Part shown: positions 1 through 11,029 of the stretch, piece by piece
How positions within the stretch are numbered: the first letter of the stretch is position 1
Layout of the letters: each line of letters begins with the position of its first letter
Assembly: GCA_964602985.1 (NCBI GenBank)
Contig: CAZRTJ010000014.1
Span: 33,356-97,355 of the forward strand
Origin: an uncultured Bacteroidota bacterium
GTDB taxonomy: Bacteria; CLD3; SB21
Reading direction: 5' to 3'
DNA length: 64,000 bases
The notes under the pieces: model-generated
The model's input: only the letters and a program-made list of their open reading frames with translations
Databases searched by the model: none
Told to the model about the DNA's origin: nothing
Program-made: the position numbers and the translations under genes

Positions 1-821
1 ACCGCCTTGGTCTCTGGCGCCCGGTACAGTGTGTCTCCCAACAATGAAGTGATGGGGAGAGAGCCCTTCATTTGGCTGACATCCATCGCCCCAATCCGAC
101 CTCTCCAGGCAGGCGCCAGAGGAAATCGATCCCCTCCATCCAACAGGATGGATGAGACATCTGTATCTGCAATGCCGAAACTCGAGAGTCGTGCGCCGCA
201 GGGAATGCGACTCGCCGAATCATACATGTACCGTCCTCCTCGCAGCATGTGAAATTGTCCGCCGTATGCCACGATCTTCGCATCGGGGTACTCTCGATAC
301 GCATTGGCAATGCCCTCGGCCATGGTTTGATTTCTCGTGTCCCAGCATATGGCGCGCATGAGACCGATCCGCCACGGATCTTCATCGATCGCCAACACGC
401 GAACCACCCGTGTCCGATTCTTATAACACCAGGACACAATACCGCTAAAGGGAAGACAGTCCTCATTGGCCTCCATCATCTCCAGATACTTCACATCCCC
501 TGATTCCATGTAGCTGTCCAGCGCGGGCTGAACGCTGGCCGGCAATTCCAGTGCGAGAACGAGTTTCTGTGAGTCCATGCGTTCGAGGAACTTCACGAAG
601 TAGCTCATGATCTCAACCCGAAAATGAACTTCCCCTACCAACAGAACCCGCTTGGAGGACACGGCAGTCGCGAGACGTTCCACATCCATCAGCGTTGTGT
701 CCAGCGCGGATGCAATCTCTGCAACGGTTTGATCGGAGACACTGACATTGTATTCCATCGCCCGCGGACAGGCGATCACACGCACGAAAATCAAGACGGC
801 AAGTGCGCCAAGGAACATCAT
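1..821 (-). CDS. ChaN/Tiki-superfamily (haem-binding uptake-like) protein, 3' end beyond window start
   Basis: Minus-strand frame is open from the ATGATG start at 821-816 to position 1. Not in the ORF track because there is no stop inside the window. N-terminal hydrophobic signal MMFLGALAVLIFVRVIAC; motif VLLVGEVHF resembles the GxxH motif of ChaN/Tiki/TraB proteins. AAGGAG lies about 15 nt upstream. Confidence 0.4.
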   Translation of the reverse strand, partial: MMFLGALAVLIFVRVIACPRAMEYNVSVSDQTVAEIASALDTTLMDVERLATAVSSKRVLLVGEVHFRVEIMSYFVKFLERMDSQKLVLALELPASVQPALDSYMESGDVKYLEMMEANEDCLPFSGIVSWCYKNRTRVVRVLAIDEDPWRIGLMRAICWDTRNQTMAEGIANAYREYPDAKIVAYGGQFHMLRGGRYMYDSASRIPCGARLSSFGIADTDVSSILLDGGDRFPLAPAWRGRIGAMDVSQMKGSLPITSLLGDTLYRAPETKA

Positions 822-877
822 GGCCCGGCGCACTCCTTTACCAACTTTCACTGGACCTCCTTAAGGTAATCTACTCC

Positions 878-1405
878 TCACCCCGCCGACCCAAACAGAC
901 TTTCCAACTCCGTCAGCAGTTCGTCGGGACCGGTTCCGGGTGTCGTGCCGGTCAGACTGCCAATGATCTGCGCGACGCGCGCATAATTCCCCATGCGATA
1001 TTCCGCATACGCTTCTTTCATCTGCATGTCCCGCGCCGTCACCGTACGGTCATGGGCAAACACGTACGCCGGCGAGCGGCGCAGAACAAACTGCGCGCCT
1101 GACACAACTCCCGCATTGTCGCCGGCCCACCAATCTGCAATCGCCCATCCCGCGTATCCATCGACGATCGAATCCGACGCGGCATTGGCGAAATACACTT
1201 TGGCCTGCGGCATGGAGTCCATCCGCATGGCCGTCCATCCCAGTCCCACCCATGCTTCGGGCTGGGACGACGTCAACTCCGCAAATGCCTGGTGCGCGCC
1301 GGCGTAGTCGTTGTTTCGAAATTTCGACCACGCGACATCCAGCGGATCGTCTTCTCCGCAGGAGACCAGCAACATCATACTTACCAAAACAAAGCGCTTT
1401 TTCAT
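878..1405 (-). CDS. hypothetical lipoprotein (signal peptide + lipobox LVSCG)
   Basis: ORF-track protein begins MKKRFVLVSMMLLVSCGEDD; Trp/Ala-rich helical repeats; no family recognised. Confidence 0.5.
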   Translation of the reverse strand: MKKRFVLVSMMLLVSCGEDDPLDVAWSKFRNNDYAGAHQAFAELTSSQPEAWVGLGWTAMRMDSMPQAKVYFANAASDSIVDGYAGWAIADWWAGDNAGVVSGAQFVLRRSPAYVFAHDRTVTARDMQMKEAYAEYRMGNYARVAQIIGSLTGTTPGTGPDELLTELESLFGSAG

Positions 1406-1414
1406 GACGGTCTC

Positions 1415-4400
1415 CTATTTGATGAGTAACATTTTGCGCGTGACGACGCCCAACGGCGATTCCAGTCGATATAAGTACACGCCCGTTGCCGCCTCTCTGC
1501 CTTGATCGGTTCTGCCATTCCACACCACGGTGTGATATCCTGCCGTGCGCACTCCATTCTCCAACTGCGCAACCTTCTGTCCCAGCATGTTGTACACCGT
1601 CAGTCGGATGCGGCCGCTCTCGGGCAAACCAAATCGAATGGTCGTCGTCGGATTGAATGGGTTCGGATAGTTCTGATTCAATTCCAACTGCCTGGGCAAC
1701 GTCACATGCTCGGGATTGTACGCAACGACGTACGCGCCCGGCTCGGTCACTCCAACCCCGAGCGACCCCTCCGAGCTCTCTCCGCCGACATACACGAGAT
1801 CCTCTGCCCTGTACAAACCGACTTTCGTTTCGTCAAAGTCGCGAATCATGTTCCGCAGTTCCGCAATCTCCTCGTCGAGTCGTACCGTCACGCGTGCCGG
1901 CTTGGACCACGTCTCGGTTGAGAGAATGTCCACACCGCAAACGTTCGTCAGCATAGCGCCTTCGCCCTTCGACAAAGTCGGCTCGGAAATCTTCAAGCGT
2001 GACGAACCCAACAGGACAAAACTCTCACCGCTCACACTTCCGCGGGAAAGGGATAATTCGATCCCGTCATGCGTTATCCGCAGTTCTTGTTGTTTGGTCA
2101 AACTGCCGATGGCATACGCGCGCGATCCGCTGCCGAGGTTGCCGGCGGAATCCGAGCCGCTGACACGAATCGACAGCGTTCCTGTTTCGGCCAGCCGGTA
2201 ACTGCCGCTGTAGACTCCCTGGCTGCCCGCGGCCATCGCAATGCCCACGCTGTCGTATCCCCCTGCAGTCGTCAGAGCGGCGGAAGCCGTGGGCAATCCC
2301 TGAATCGTCTCCCCAAATACGCCGACCACATCCAGGTATCTCTTGATGACCGTACTTCGCAGGATGCCCACCGTCACGCCCGGCACCGTGACGTCCACTC
2401 GGAAAGAACCCGGCGAACTGGTATACGTCTCACCCGATGGATCCACCGCCATGACCCGCCAGTACCAGGTTCCAGCCGTCAGAACACTTGCGACTGTGTA
2501 GGTCGAGTCTCCCGTCACGCTGTCCGACACCGTCAGTGTCGAGAAATCTGATACCGAAGACACGTGGATGCGATACCTCAGCGTGTCGCCATTGGCATCG
2601 CCGCGATCCTGCCAACTCAGAGTCGGCGTAGCATCACTGGTCCAGCTATTACCGATCGGCGATTTTAGCGCAAACGCATTTGGCGGAACATTGCTGACGA
2701 AACCGGTACCGGTCAGCAGAATCAGGGACGGCGAACCTGTCGCATTGTGATAGATTTTGATGGTGTCCACCTTCACGCCCGCCGACAACGGACGAAATGT
2801 CGTCGTCATGAACAGCGTGTCTGTGGTTCCCGAATACAAGGTATCCGGCAGAGCTGGAGCGACGGTCACCTGAAAATCCACCGCGCCCCCGATGCCCTGC
2901 GTTACCTGCGACACGTGCACCGGACCGCCGGTCGCGTAGGCCTTCAGGGTTACCGTGGCACTATCGCCCACGGACGTACTGGCAAAGCCGAAACTCACGT
3001 CCGAAACCAACGTCCCAACCGGCGCTCCACCGGACCCGGTGAGGATCAGATCGGCATGTCCGCCCAGACCATCGTGAACCACGCGTATGGTATCCGCGTA
3101 ACCGGTAGTCGCGGTGGGTTTGAACTTCACCGTCAAGGTGAGCGTGTCACCCTCCGCCAGGGGTCCCGGGATGGATACGCTGGTATCCGTCGTGAAGAAA
3201 TATGTCCCCACGAGATGAGAGAACGAACTCAGATTGATCGGCCCGCCGATCGCGACGGCCCGGATCGCCAGCGACATGCTGTCGCCCGCGGTGACCGTGC
3301 CGAAATTGGTGATCGAACTCACAGGCACCAGCGCACCGGGAACACCTAGTGCAATCGAAAACCCGGATGTATTGAGCGCCGAGTCCTGCATGGCTGTCAC
3401 CGAGAGCCCGGCTTGCAAAGCCACTTTCTTCATCCAGGTTCCGTCACTTTGCGTATATGTTGTGTCCAGGAAATTCCTCCCCTGATTGGTTGAGTCAGAG
3501 AAAATCTGGATCAACGTATTCGGAGCGCCCGTGCCTTGGACCACCGAATCGCTTCCCACGTTTGTAAGTCGAGGCGCCGCAATATCCCCTTGCGTGCCGG
3601 CGGCGAGAGAAACTCCACCCAGCGTGTTGTTGTAAATCTCGTTTCGGTAAAATCGATTGCTGTCTGTCCCGGAAGTCAGGACTTGAATTCCGTATCCTGA
3701 TTGGAAAGCCATCCGATTGTATTCGACCAGCGAATGGGATGCTCCTCCATCGATCCGTACGCCTATGCCCCCTGCACCGACCACAGCCGTCACACCGTCC
3801 GCACGCAGACCGAAGGTATTGCCGCGCACGATATTTGAATCGGAATTCGCGTCGGAAATTTTGACGTGAACAGCGCTTCCCGCGAACAAGTTGCCGAAGC
3901 CGGGCAGGGTATCGCCGATCTGATTGTATCTGGCCAGACCTGAAATGACCGAGATCGACACACCGCCGCTTCCATTGCCGCGTGCGTTGATCCCAGCCGC
4001 ATCCACACCGATGTAATTACCGAGGATCTGGGTGAACGATCCCGGATCGATCGCAATACCGTAAATCGTATTGCTGGATATGATGTTTCGTCCCAATGCC
4101 GTGCCGTCGCCAATCTTCGTGTGCAGGATTCCGTTTTGCAAAACGATGCCATAATTGTTGGCAATCGGTGTAGCGCCATTTGTGCCCAGACCGAAAATGT
4201 TTCCGAGGATCGTATTGCTGTCCGATCCGGTGCTCGCGATCTGGAGGCCGTACGCGTCATTGCCGGCAATCACGTTGCCGCCGCCGGCCAGTCCAGTACC
4301 GATAACGTTGTTCTTGGAGAGCACGGAGATGCCCGTGATGGAATTTCCTTTATCGACAAGTCCGGTCGCATCGGTGCCGATATAGTTTCCGGTGACGACG

Positions 4401-7400
4401 TGTCCAGGGGTTTGGATCGAAATGCCCGTATTACTATTCCCGCTGATCACGTTACGGCCGCCGCTTGTGCCGTCACCGATCCAGACATGCGTCGCACCGG
4501 CTTCAATGGTAATCCCATTATTGTTCGCACGAATCGTAGAACCATCGGCGGCCAGTCCGATATAATTGCCGAGCACGAAGGTGCTGTCCGTTCCCGCATC
4601 GATGACGCGTAAGCCCTGATCCAAGTTGGATCCCACGATGACATTGCGTCCGCCCGCTGTGCCATTACCGACGAGAGTTTGCTTGGAGCCATTGAAGACG
4701 ATCATTCCGCGGCCGTTGCCGAAGCCCACCAAGCCGGTCGAGTCCGTACCGACATAGTTGCCCAGAACCTGGTTACCACGTCCATTACCGACATAAATTC
4801 CGTTCCCGATGTTGCCGGCGACGACATTGCGTCCGCCGACCGTCCCATCGCCGACGATGCAGAAATTGCCGCCGTCGACGTCGATGCCGTCGTTGTTGCG
4901 CAGAGTATCCAGACCGGTCGCATCCAGACCGACGAAATTGCCGAGAATCCTGGCGTACGATCCCTGCACCCACATGGCGCGGTTGGAGGTACGGCAGATG
5001 ACATTACGACCACCGACCGTTCCGTTACCAATGGATACGGCGGAAGCTAGAACCCAGATTCCATGCACTGTCCCGCTCACTCCGGTCGTGCCGTCTGCGG
5101 CCACGCCGATGTAGTTGCCGAGAACCTCGCTGGAGTCTCCACCCGCTCCGATGAGTACGGCGACGTTATTTGAAGAAATCACATTGCGGCCCGCAATCGT
5201 GCCGTCTCCTACGCGATTGTATTTTCCATAAATCGAGACCGTCGTGGACGCCGGCTTGCTGACCACACCGGCGGAATCCAGACCGACGTAATTGCCTGCC
5301 AGGGTGTTGAACCGGGCCGCAGCCACGTCCATCGTGATACCCGTGCCTCCGCCTGCAACGACGTTGCGTCCCGCGAACGTGGCAATGCCAATGCGGTTGT
5401 ACAAAGTCCGCACGGCCATTCCGATGTTATTGGCAATGACCGTAGTTCCGTTCTTCGCAAGTCCGATGAAGTTACCCGCAACGTTATTAGAATCCCCGCC
5501 GCTGATGATCACACCGGCGTAGGAGGCGCCGCACACAAAGTTGCGCCCTGGGATGGTCCCGTCGCCGATCTTGTTGGCTTTGGAACCACTGCCATTGGTG
5601 ATGCCCGAGTATCCTCCAAAGTCCCTCGTGGTTGAAATATCGGATCCAATCACGTTGCCGATGACCGTGTTTTCCCGACCGCCGGAAATGTCTACACCGA
5701 CATTACCGACATCTTTTCGGTTGGCGATGACGTTGCCTTTTATTGTATTATGGCTGCTATTGTTCAGCGCCACTCCGATCTGGACGGGACTTCCCGTGAG
5801 AGTGTCCGATCCTGCCAGATTCGTTCCAAAGTAGTTTTCTAAAATCATGTTGCTGTCGGCAAGCGAAAGAAAGACGGCAACGGCCGATCCTCGAATATTT
5901 AGGTGCCGGATCGTATTGAACTCGGACTGCAAAGTGATGGCCGTACCACTTGTGAACAGCGTGATGCTTGGAATATCGTCGCCGTCGATATCTCCATCAA
6001 TCGTTGTCTCGTCGTCTGTAATCACAAGGTCACTGCCCAGGCTGATGATGGCTCCTGTGAGTCCCGGATCAAACGTAATCACATCGGGTCCGGGGTTGGA
6101 ATTGGCGTAGCTCACGGCGTTGCGGAGCGATCCAAAGGATCCGTCGTCCAGCGTGTTGGTCACCAAAAGCGCAGTCGGTGCTGCGGCAGAGAGCTTCGAT
6201 GTGTTCCAGGAACTATCCTGCGTCGCGCGCACTGTCGTTCCACCGGGAATCACCACGGTCTTTGTCCACGCGCCTCCGGGAGTAGCGTAGGTCGAATCCA
6301 GCCAGAATCGCGCGTCGTCGCTTGAGTCTGCGTAAATCTGGATCAGCGCATTGGCAGCGGCGCTTCCCGATACGGTCGAGCCGACGAGCGATGTGATCCG
6401 TGGCGGAGCGACGCCGCCATTACCCGGCGGGGCCATCTCGATGGCGCCCATGGGTCCTATATTAAAGATCGAATTGCGGTAAAATCGGTTGCTGTCTGTC
6501 CCGGCCGCCGCCGCCACGATGATGCCGGAATTGGCCATGTTGGCGATCGTATTGGATTGCAGGAGATTCTTTGATGAACCCGGGTTGATCGATACTCCGT
6601 ATGATCCCGGCTTTGGGGTCAGACCGTCGGCTCCTACGCCGAGATAGTTGTCGCGGATCCAGTTCGCATTCGAACTGTCGATGGAAATGCTTTCGTTCGT
6701 TCCGTATAGCAGATTTCTTCCGGCGGCATTGCCGTTGCCAATAACGGAGCCTGTGGTGGTGGAGCGGAATCGGATAGCCGCCAATCCGGTGGCCAGTGCG
6801 GTTGTGGTATCGCAGCCGATGTAATTATTATAAATCCGCACATTGGATGAGCCGTCGACTCTGATTCCGTCTTTCGTGGGCGCCACGGCGATGTAATTTC
6901 TCGCCGAAGCCCCGGTCGTGTCGCCGATTTGAATATCCGTTCTGCCAAACTGGACCTGGATGGCATCCTCGTTGTTGACCGCGGGAATGCCGTTCGGAAG
7001 GAGTCCGATAAAATTTCCGGCGATTCGGGTTTGATTGGACCCAACCAGAATCCCGACGCGGTTTCCGGCGATGATGTTGCGTTTCGGATATGTCCCGTCG
7101 CCTACGTAGTGACCGGTTCCGCTCAATCGGACGCCTTCCGCCGTGTTGGGCAGGAGCGCTCCGCCACTCCCAACGCCGATTCGGTTGCTGTAAATCCAGA
7201 TCGAAGTGTCCATCCCAAACGAAACAATGCCGTGGCCGCTATTACCGGCAATCACATTGCCGGAGGCAATTTCCGCCGCCGTGACATTTTGTATGCCAAT
7301 ACCGGCCGTAAGGTTGGGAATGGCCAGTGTGCCCGTTACGTCTGTACCGATGTAATTGCCCACCGATTGGACGGAATCACAATCAAAAAACAACACGCCG

Positions 7401-9502
7401 TAGTCATTATTGCCGGAAATCAGATTCCTTCCGTTCGCTGTGCCGTCGCCGATGGAGACCCATCGGGTCACGACAGAAGATCCATCTACTTCGATTCCAC
7501 GGGTATTGCCCAGATCGACTGTGCCGCTAATGTCGGTGCCAATATAATTATTGCGGATCAACGTCACGCGGGAGGGATTCCCTCGCACAAAAATTCCACG
7601 AAGCGCACAGGCAGAAATAATATTTCGATCCGTCACGGCCAGACCGCCGATCGTATTGTAGGAGCCGGATACGTAGATTCCACTTCCTGTCGCGAGAGCG
7701 GAAGCCGCCGTTCCATCAAAATTCGTCCCGATTCGACAACCGGCGACGGTCGAGAAGACGCCCGCCATCCGGATCATGTAGAAACTGGGACCGGCGCCGA
7801 TCAAGTGCAGGTAGGCGAGTCGACTCCAATTGAGGACATTCAGTACGTCAAACCCTGCCATGGGCGCGATCGTGATGTCCGGTTCGAAATTTCCATCCAC
7901 GTCGCCGATCAACCAGATCGAATCGAGCGTGAGCGGCGTGGAGAGCATAATCGTGTCGCCCGTCAGGCTCGCGTGAAATCGGATCGTATCCACTCCGGCA
8001 TAAAAGTTGGCGGAATCAATCGCGGCCCTGAGGGAGCCCAGCCCGCCGTCGTTGGTGTTCGTGACAAGAAAGGGATCCAGGCCGAGGCTGCCATCGGAAA
8101 AGACACGCTGAGCATACACATCAAACACACTGGTTCCGCCGCGTTCATCGTCCCACGCGACGATGGCGCCACCGGCGCCATCCGACACGAGATTATGCGC
8201 CTGGTTGAAGTAATCCGGGTCCGCCTGCGAACCCGTAGCCGATGTGATCGGCACACCTTCCGTCGCCCAAAGCTGACTGCCGCTGGACGCCAATTTCTGA
8301 GCGAATACGTCCCAGGGGTTCCCCCTCGCATTATCCGTCCACGCGACGATGGCATCACTGCCGGACATGATGACGACGGGATTCCACTGATTCCCGCTCT
8401 CCACCACAACATCCACTCCGTCCGCCGTCCATGCGTCCGCTCCGCCCGGCGTCAATTTCTGCGCAAACACATCGGTATTACCGTTTCGGGTACTTTCCCA
8501 AACCAGAATCGCTCCGCCATTTCCGTCCTCGACCAGACGCGGCCCGTTGAAAGTGAGAACTGCGTTATCGGACACCAATTCGCCGTTTGCAGTCCACTGA
8601 ACGAGTCCGGCGGATGAGATGCGTTGACAATAAATTCCAAATGTCGGACTATTGCGCCCGTCCAGCCAGCCGATGATGGCCCCATTCGAGCCGTCGATTA
8701 CGATGGACGGAAATTGCTGATTGGCCGCTGCGTTACTGATCACAACACCATTGGCGGTCCACTGAGCGACGCCGCTGGAATTCAGACGTTGTGAGTACAT
8801 ATCGATATCGGCCCCCCGTGAGTCCTCCCAGGCGAGGATTGCTCCGCCGGTTTCATCGCTTACGATCACGGGTGAGGTTTGATCGCCCGTCGTGGATGAG
8901 ACGGCTACGCCGTTTGCGGTCCAGACCACGGATCCGGAGAAATTGACTCTCTGCGAGTAGATGTCTCTGTTGGAACCGCCCCGCATATCGCTCCATGCGA
9001 TGATGGCTCCTCCTCCTCCATCGGTCGTCAGCACTGGCCCATCCTGATCATCCGTGGCCGTGCAAACAGCCACACCGCCCGGCGTCCACAAAACGGTCCC
9101 AGCGCCGGAGATGCGTTGAGCATAAATGTCGTTGTCTGTTCCGTTATTCAACTGCCAGGTGAGGATGACTCCGCCTGCGCCATCGCTGATGGCCGAGACC
9201 ATGTCCTCCCCTTCGGATGCGGAGGTTACCTGAATCCCGTTCACGGTCCATTGCGCGACGCCGGCCAGAGAGAATCTCTGGGCGTACAGGTCGCCGTTGC
9301 CGTTGCGGTAGTCCACCCAGACTATGATCGCACCGCCGGCTCCGTCGCTTACCACACGGCTCCGACGCTGGTCGCCTGTCGCATTGGAAACGACGTTATT
9401 GACAGCCGGATCTACGGACCACTGCGCGCATGCCTCATCCGAACCAAGAAAAGGCATACTCATGAGCGCCGCCAATGTGACGAAAATGCGGTAACGAATC
9501 AT
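1415..9502 (-). CDS. giant T9SS-secreted surface protein: signal peptide, 8 beta-propeller-type repeats, two CSLREA-like/PbH1 parallel beta-helix modules, Ig/FN3-like domains, T9SS C-terminal sorting domain
   Basis: 2695-aa ORF. N-terminus MIRYRIFVTLAALMSMPFLGSDEACAQ. About 8 repeats of ~57 aa with D.Y[AS]QR...G...WT.NGV. Two VTNT(N/L)DxGxGSLR motifs (CSLREA-like), each followed by long runs of GN/NxIxxN beta-helix repeats. FN3-like segment (TWYWRV). C-terminus NYPNPFNPTTTIRF...VYLYRLE matches the T9SS type A sorting domain. Confidence 0.85.
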   Translation of the reverse strand: MIRYRIFVTLAALMSMPFLGSDEACAQWSVDPAVNNVVSNATGDQRRSRVVSDGAGGAIIVWVDYRNGNGDLYAQRFSLAGVAQWTVNGIQVTSASEGEDMVSAISDGAGGVILTWQLNNGTDNDIYAQRISGAGTVLWTPGGVAVCTATDDQDGPVLTTDGGGGAIIAWSDMRGGSNRDIYSQRVNFSGSVVWTANGVAVSSTTGDQTSPVIVSDETGGAILAWEDSRGADIDMYSQRLNSSGVAQWTANGVVISNAAANQQFPSIVIDGSNGAIIGWLDGRNSPTFGIYCQRISSAGLVQWTANGELVSDNAVLTFNGPRLVEDGNGGAILVWESTRNGNTDVFAQKLTPGGADAWTADGVDVVVESGNQWNPVVIMSGSDAIVAWTDNARGNPWDVFAQKLASSGSQLWATEGVPITSATGSQADPDYFNQAHNLVSDGAGGAIVAWDDERGGTSVFDVYAQRVFSDGSLGLDPFLVTNTNDGGLGSLRAAIDSANFYAGVDTIRFHASLTGDTIMLSTPLTLDSIWLIGDVDGNFEPDITIAPMAGFDVLNVLNWSRLAYLHLIGAGPSFYMIRMAGVFSTVAGCRIGTNFDGTAASALATGSGIYVSGSYNTIGGLAVTDRNIISACALRGIFVRGNPSRVTLIRNNYIGTDISGTVDLGNTRGIEVDGSSVVTRWVSIGDGTANGRNLISGNNDYGVLFFDCDSVQSVGNYIGTDVTGTLAIPNLTAGIGIQNVTAAEIASGNVIAGNSGHGIVSFGMDTSIWIYSNRIGVGSGGALLPNTAEGVRLSGTGHYVGDGTYPKRNIIAGNRVGILVGSNQTRIAGNFIGLLPNGIPAVNNEDAIQVQFGRTDIQIGDTTGASARNYIAVAPTKDGIRVDGSSNVRIYNNYIGCDTTTALATGLAAIRFRSTTTGSVIGNGNAAGRNLLYGTNESISIDSSNANWIRDNYLGVGADGLTPKPGSYGVSINPGSSKNLLQSNTIANMANSGIIVAAAAGTDSNRFYRNSIFNIGPMGAIEMAPPGNGGVAPPRITSLVGSTVSGSAAANALIQIYADSSDDARFWLDSTYATPGGAWTKTVVIPGGTTVRATQDSSWNTSKLSAAAPTALLVTNTLDDGSFGSLRNAVSYANSNPGPDVITFDPGLTGAIISLGSDLVITDDETTIDGDIDGDDIPSITLFTSGTAITLQSEFNTIRHLNIRGSAVAVFLSLADSNMILENYFGTNLAGSDTLTGSPVQIGVALNNSSHNTIKGNVIANRKDVGNVGVDISGGRENTVIGNVIGSDISTTRDFGGYSGITNGSGSKANKIGDGTIPGRNFVCGASYAGVIISGGDSNNVAGNFIGLAKNGTTVIANNIGMAVRTLYNRIGIATFAGRNVVAGGGTGITMDVAAARFNTLAGNYVGLDSAGVVSKPASTTVSIYGKYNRVGDGTIAGRNVISSNNVAVLIGAGGDSSEVLGNYIGVAADGTTGVSGTVHGIWVLASAVSIGNGTVGGRNVICRTSNRAMWVQGSYARILGNFVGLDATGLDTLRNNDGIDVDGGNFCIVGDGTVGGRNVVAGNIGNGIYVGNGRGNQVLGNYVGTDSTGLVGFGNGRGMIVFNGSKQTLVGNGTAGGRNVIVGSNLDQGLRVIDAGTDSTFVLGNYIGLAADGSTIRANNNGITIEAGATHVWIGDGTSGGRNVISGNSNTGISIQTPGHVVTGNYIGTDATGLVDKGNSITGISVLSKNNVIGTGLAGGGNVIAGNDAYGLQIASTGSDSNTILGNIFGLGTNGATPIANNYGIVLQNGILHTKIGDGTALGRNIISSNTIYGIAIDPGSFTQILGNYIGVDAAGINARGNGSGGVSISVISGLARYNQIGDTLPGFGNLFAGSAVHVKISDANSDSNIVRGNTFGLRADGVTAVVGAGGIGVRIDGGASHSLVEYNRMAFQSGYGIQVLTSGTDSNRFYRNEIYNNTLGGVSLAAGTQGDIAAPRLTNVGSDSVVQGTGAPNTLIQIFSDSTNQGRNFLDTTYTQSDGTWMKKVALQAGLSVTAMQDSALNTSGFSIALGVPGALVPVSSITNFGTVTAGDSMSLAIRAVAIGGPINLSSFSHLVGTYFFTTDTSVSIPGPLAEGDTLTLTVKFKPTATTGYADTIRVVHDGLGGHADLILTGSGGAPVGTLVSDVSFGFASTSVGDSATVTLKAYATGGPVHVSQVTQGIGGAVDFQVTVAPALPDTLYSGTTDTLFMTTTFRPLSAGVKVDTIKIYHNATGSPSLILLTGTGFVSNVPPNAFALKSPIGNSWTSDATPTLSWQDRGDANGDTLRYRIHVSSVSDFSTLTVSDSVTGDSTYTVASVLTAGTWYWRVMAVDPSGETYTSSPGSFRVDVTVPGVTVGILRSTVIKRYLDVVGVFGETIQGLPTASAALTTAGGYDSVGIAMAAGSQGVYSGSYRLAETGTLSIRVSGSDSAGNLGSGSRAYAIGSLTKQQELRITHDGIELSLSRGSVSGESFVLLGSSRLKISEPTLSKGEGAMLTNVCGVDILSTETWSKPARVTVRLDEEIAELRNMIRDFDETKVGLYRAEDLVYVGGESSEGSLGVGVTEPGAYVVAYNPEHVTLPRQLELNQNYPNPFNPTTTIRFGLPESGRIRLTVYNMLGQKVAQLENGVRTAGYHTVVWNGRTDQGREAATGVYLYRLESPLGVVTRKMLLIK

Positions 9503-9741
9503 GACGTCATCCTCCTATGCAAATTTGCACTGTCTGGTTAAACTTCAAATAAACGCACTCACAGAACTAAAGAATGATCTGTGGACTGATTCTAATCAGC
9601 TATTCGTCCCAAATACGTTACTCATCTCTCAGGAAAGCGGAAATGGGAGCACAAGTCTCCCATTTCACCTCTCCTCCTCGTGCAGGTAGGGCTCTTTGCA
9701 AAATACGCTCTTCGGATCGCGGATGCAACATTCGACATACT

Positions 9742-9812
9742 TCAGCGCCAAAAAAAGAACAGGATCAGAATCAGAACAACCGATGCGAAGAAGAAAATGA
9801 TGATTGCCCTCA
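9742..9812 (-). CDS. candidate 23-aa hydrophobic micropeptide (MRAIIIFFFASVVLILILFFFWR)
   Basis: Minus-strand ATG 4 nt after GGGAGA, immediately downstream of the 9821-10993 gene stop. Fully hydrophobic single-TM-like peptide ending in TGA. Below the size cutoff of the ORF track. Confidence 0.2.
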
Positions 9813-9820
9813 TGTCTCCC

Positions 9821-10993
9821 TCATGATTTCACAAACGTTCGCTGGTAGGCTCCGTCGCCGTAGGATTGGTCGTAACGAGCGATCATCTTCTGGGCGACCG
9901 CCTTCCGTTCTTCGGATCGGTAATTGGTTCCCGAGTCGATCAGTTGCTCCGCTTGCACAATGAGTTCGCGCGGCGGTTCTCCTCCCGGTGCACAGTGACT
10001 ATGCGTCTTCTTGAGCAGATCTATTTTGGCCTGCGTCAGAACTATGTCCACATTCGCGAACGCTTCGAGATAGGTTTCGTGGTTGAAGATATCGTCCCAG
10101 GACAGACCGAAGGACTGTTTAAGAAGTAATTCCCGAAATGCCAGACGGTGCGGGTTGAGTTGTTGCGTTCTTCGAATATTCTTTTTCGTGCGGGACGGAT
10201 TCGTTTTGTCCAACCACCGATCGTCCGTGGGCGCGAATTTCGTGTAGGCATCGATCCAGTCGTTGACCAGTGTAAGGATGTAATCACAGCGATTCCATAT
10301 CGCGCTCCATTTGGCCATGTCGGGCGCGTAGCTCCACTCGATCCTCTGCCGCTTCAGCCCAAACAAGAAACTGTCCGGTATGCCAAAGGACGCCGCAGAA
10401 GCCATTTCATCAAACGCACTCAGAATCTCCTCGCGCATTCGAACTTCAAGGGATCGATTGGCAAATGTTGTCCACTCCAGATCCGTGACCAAACCCTGGC
10501 GCGCGGCCACCGACCCCTCGAGGGCCCGGTCGAGACCTTTTTCGATCAGCTGTCGCAAGAACACTGGATACGATACTCCCGATTGTCCCAGATCCATCAC
10601 GTCCTGCACAGCTTTCTTCAAGACGACTGCCTCGGCAGGCTTCATCGTACCCGAGGACACTTGCTGATCGTAGGACGACAACGCGCTCGTGTACGCCTGG
10701 AGGGTCTGGCGGAGCAATCCGGCGTCTTCGTCACCAGTCGATGTTGACTGCTTGGATGCGTCCGCCAGAACTTCGCCGTAGTAGGTACTGAAATTCAAAA
10801 AACAATTTTCCGTCGTCAATTTCGCACTGAAGGCGGCGACGTCGTCTATCTCCTGCGCGTACTTCTCCATTTTGGCCAGTTCCGCCGCCATTTTGTCAAA
10901 CGACGGACCGGACAGCTTCCGGTCACGGCACTCTTGAACCATATTCCGAAAAGTACCGAGCATGCTGTCGCTGATCATTTTATCGATGGGCAT
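9821..10993 (-). CDS. hypothetical cytoplasmic protein (390 aa)
   Basis: Long ORF with balanced composition. The only plus-strand ORFs overlapping it are short; no family recognised. Confidence 0.55.
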   Translation of the reverse strand: MPIDKMISDSMLGTFRNMVQECRDRKLSGPSFDKMAAELAKMEKYAQEIDDVAAFSAKLTTENCFLNFSTYYGEVLADASKQSTSTGDEDAGLLRQTLQAYTSALSSYDQQVSSGTMKPAEAVVLKKAVQDVMDLGQSGVSYPVFLRQLIEKGLDRALEGSVAARQGLVTDLEWTTFANRSLEVRMREEILSAFDEMASAASFGIPDSFLFGLKRQRIEWSYAPDMAKWSAIWNRCDYILTLVNDWIDAYTKFAPTDDRWLDKTNPSRTKKNIRRTQQLNPHRLAFRELLLKQSFGLSWDDIFNHETYLEAFANVDIVLTQAKIDLLKKTHSHCAPGGEPPRELIVQAEQLIDSGTNYRSEERKAVAQKMIARYDQSYGDGAYQRTFVKS

Positions 10994-11029
10994 GGAGGTT
11001 CCTTTCGTTACTTATTCTTTGTTCTGGAT

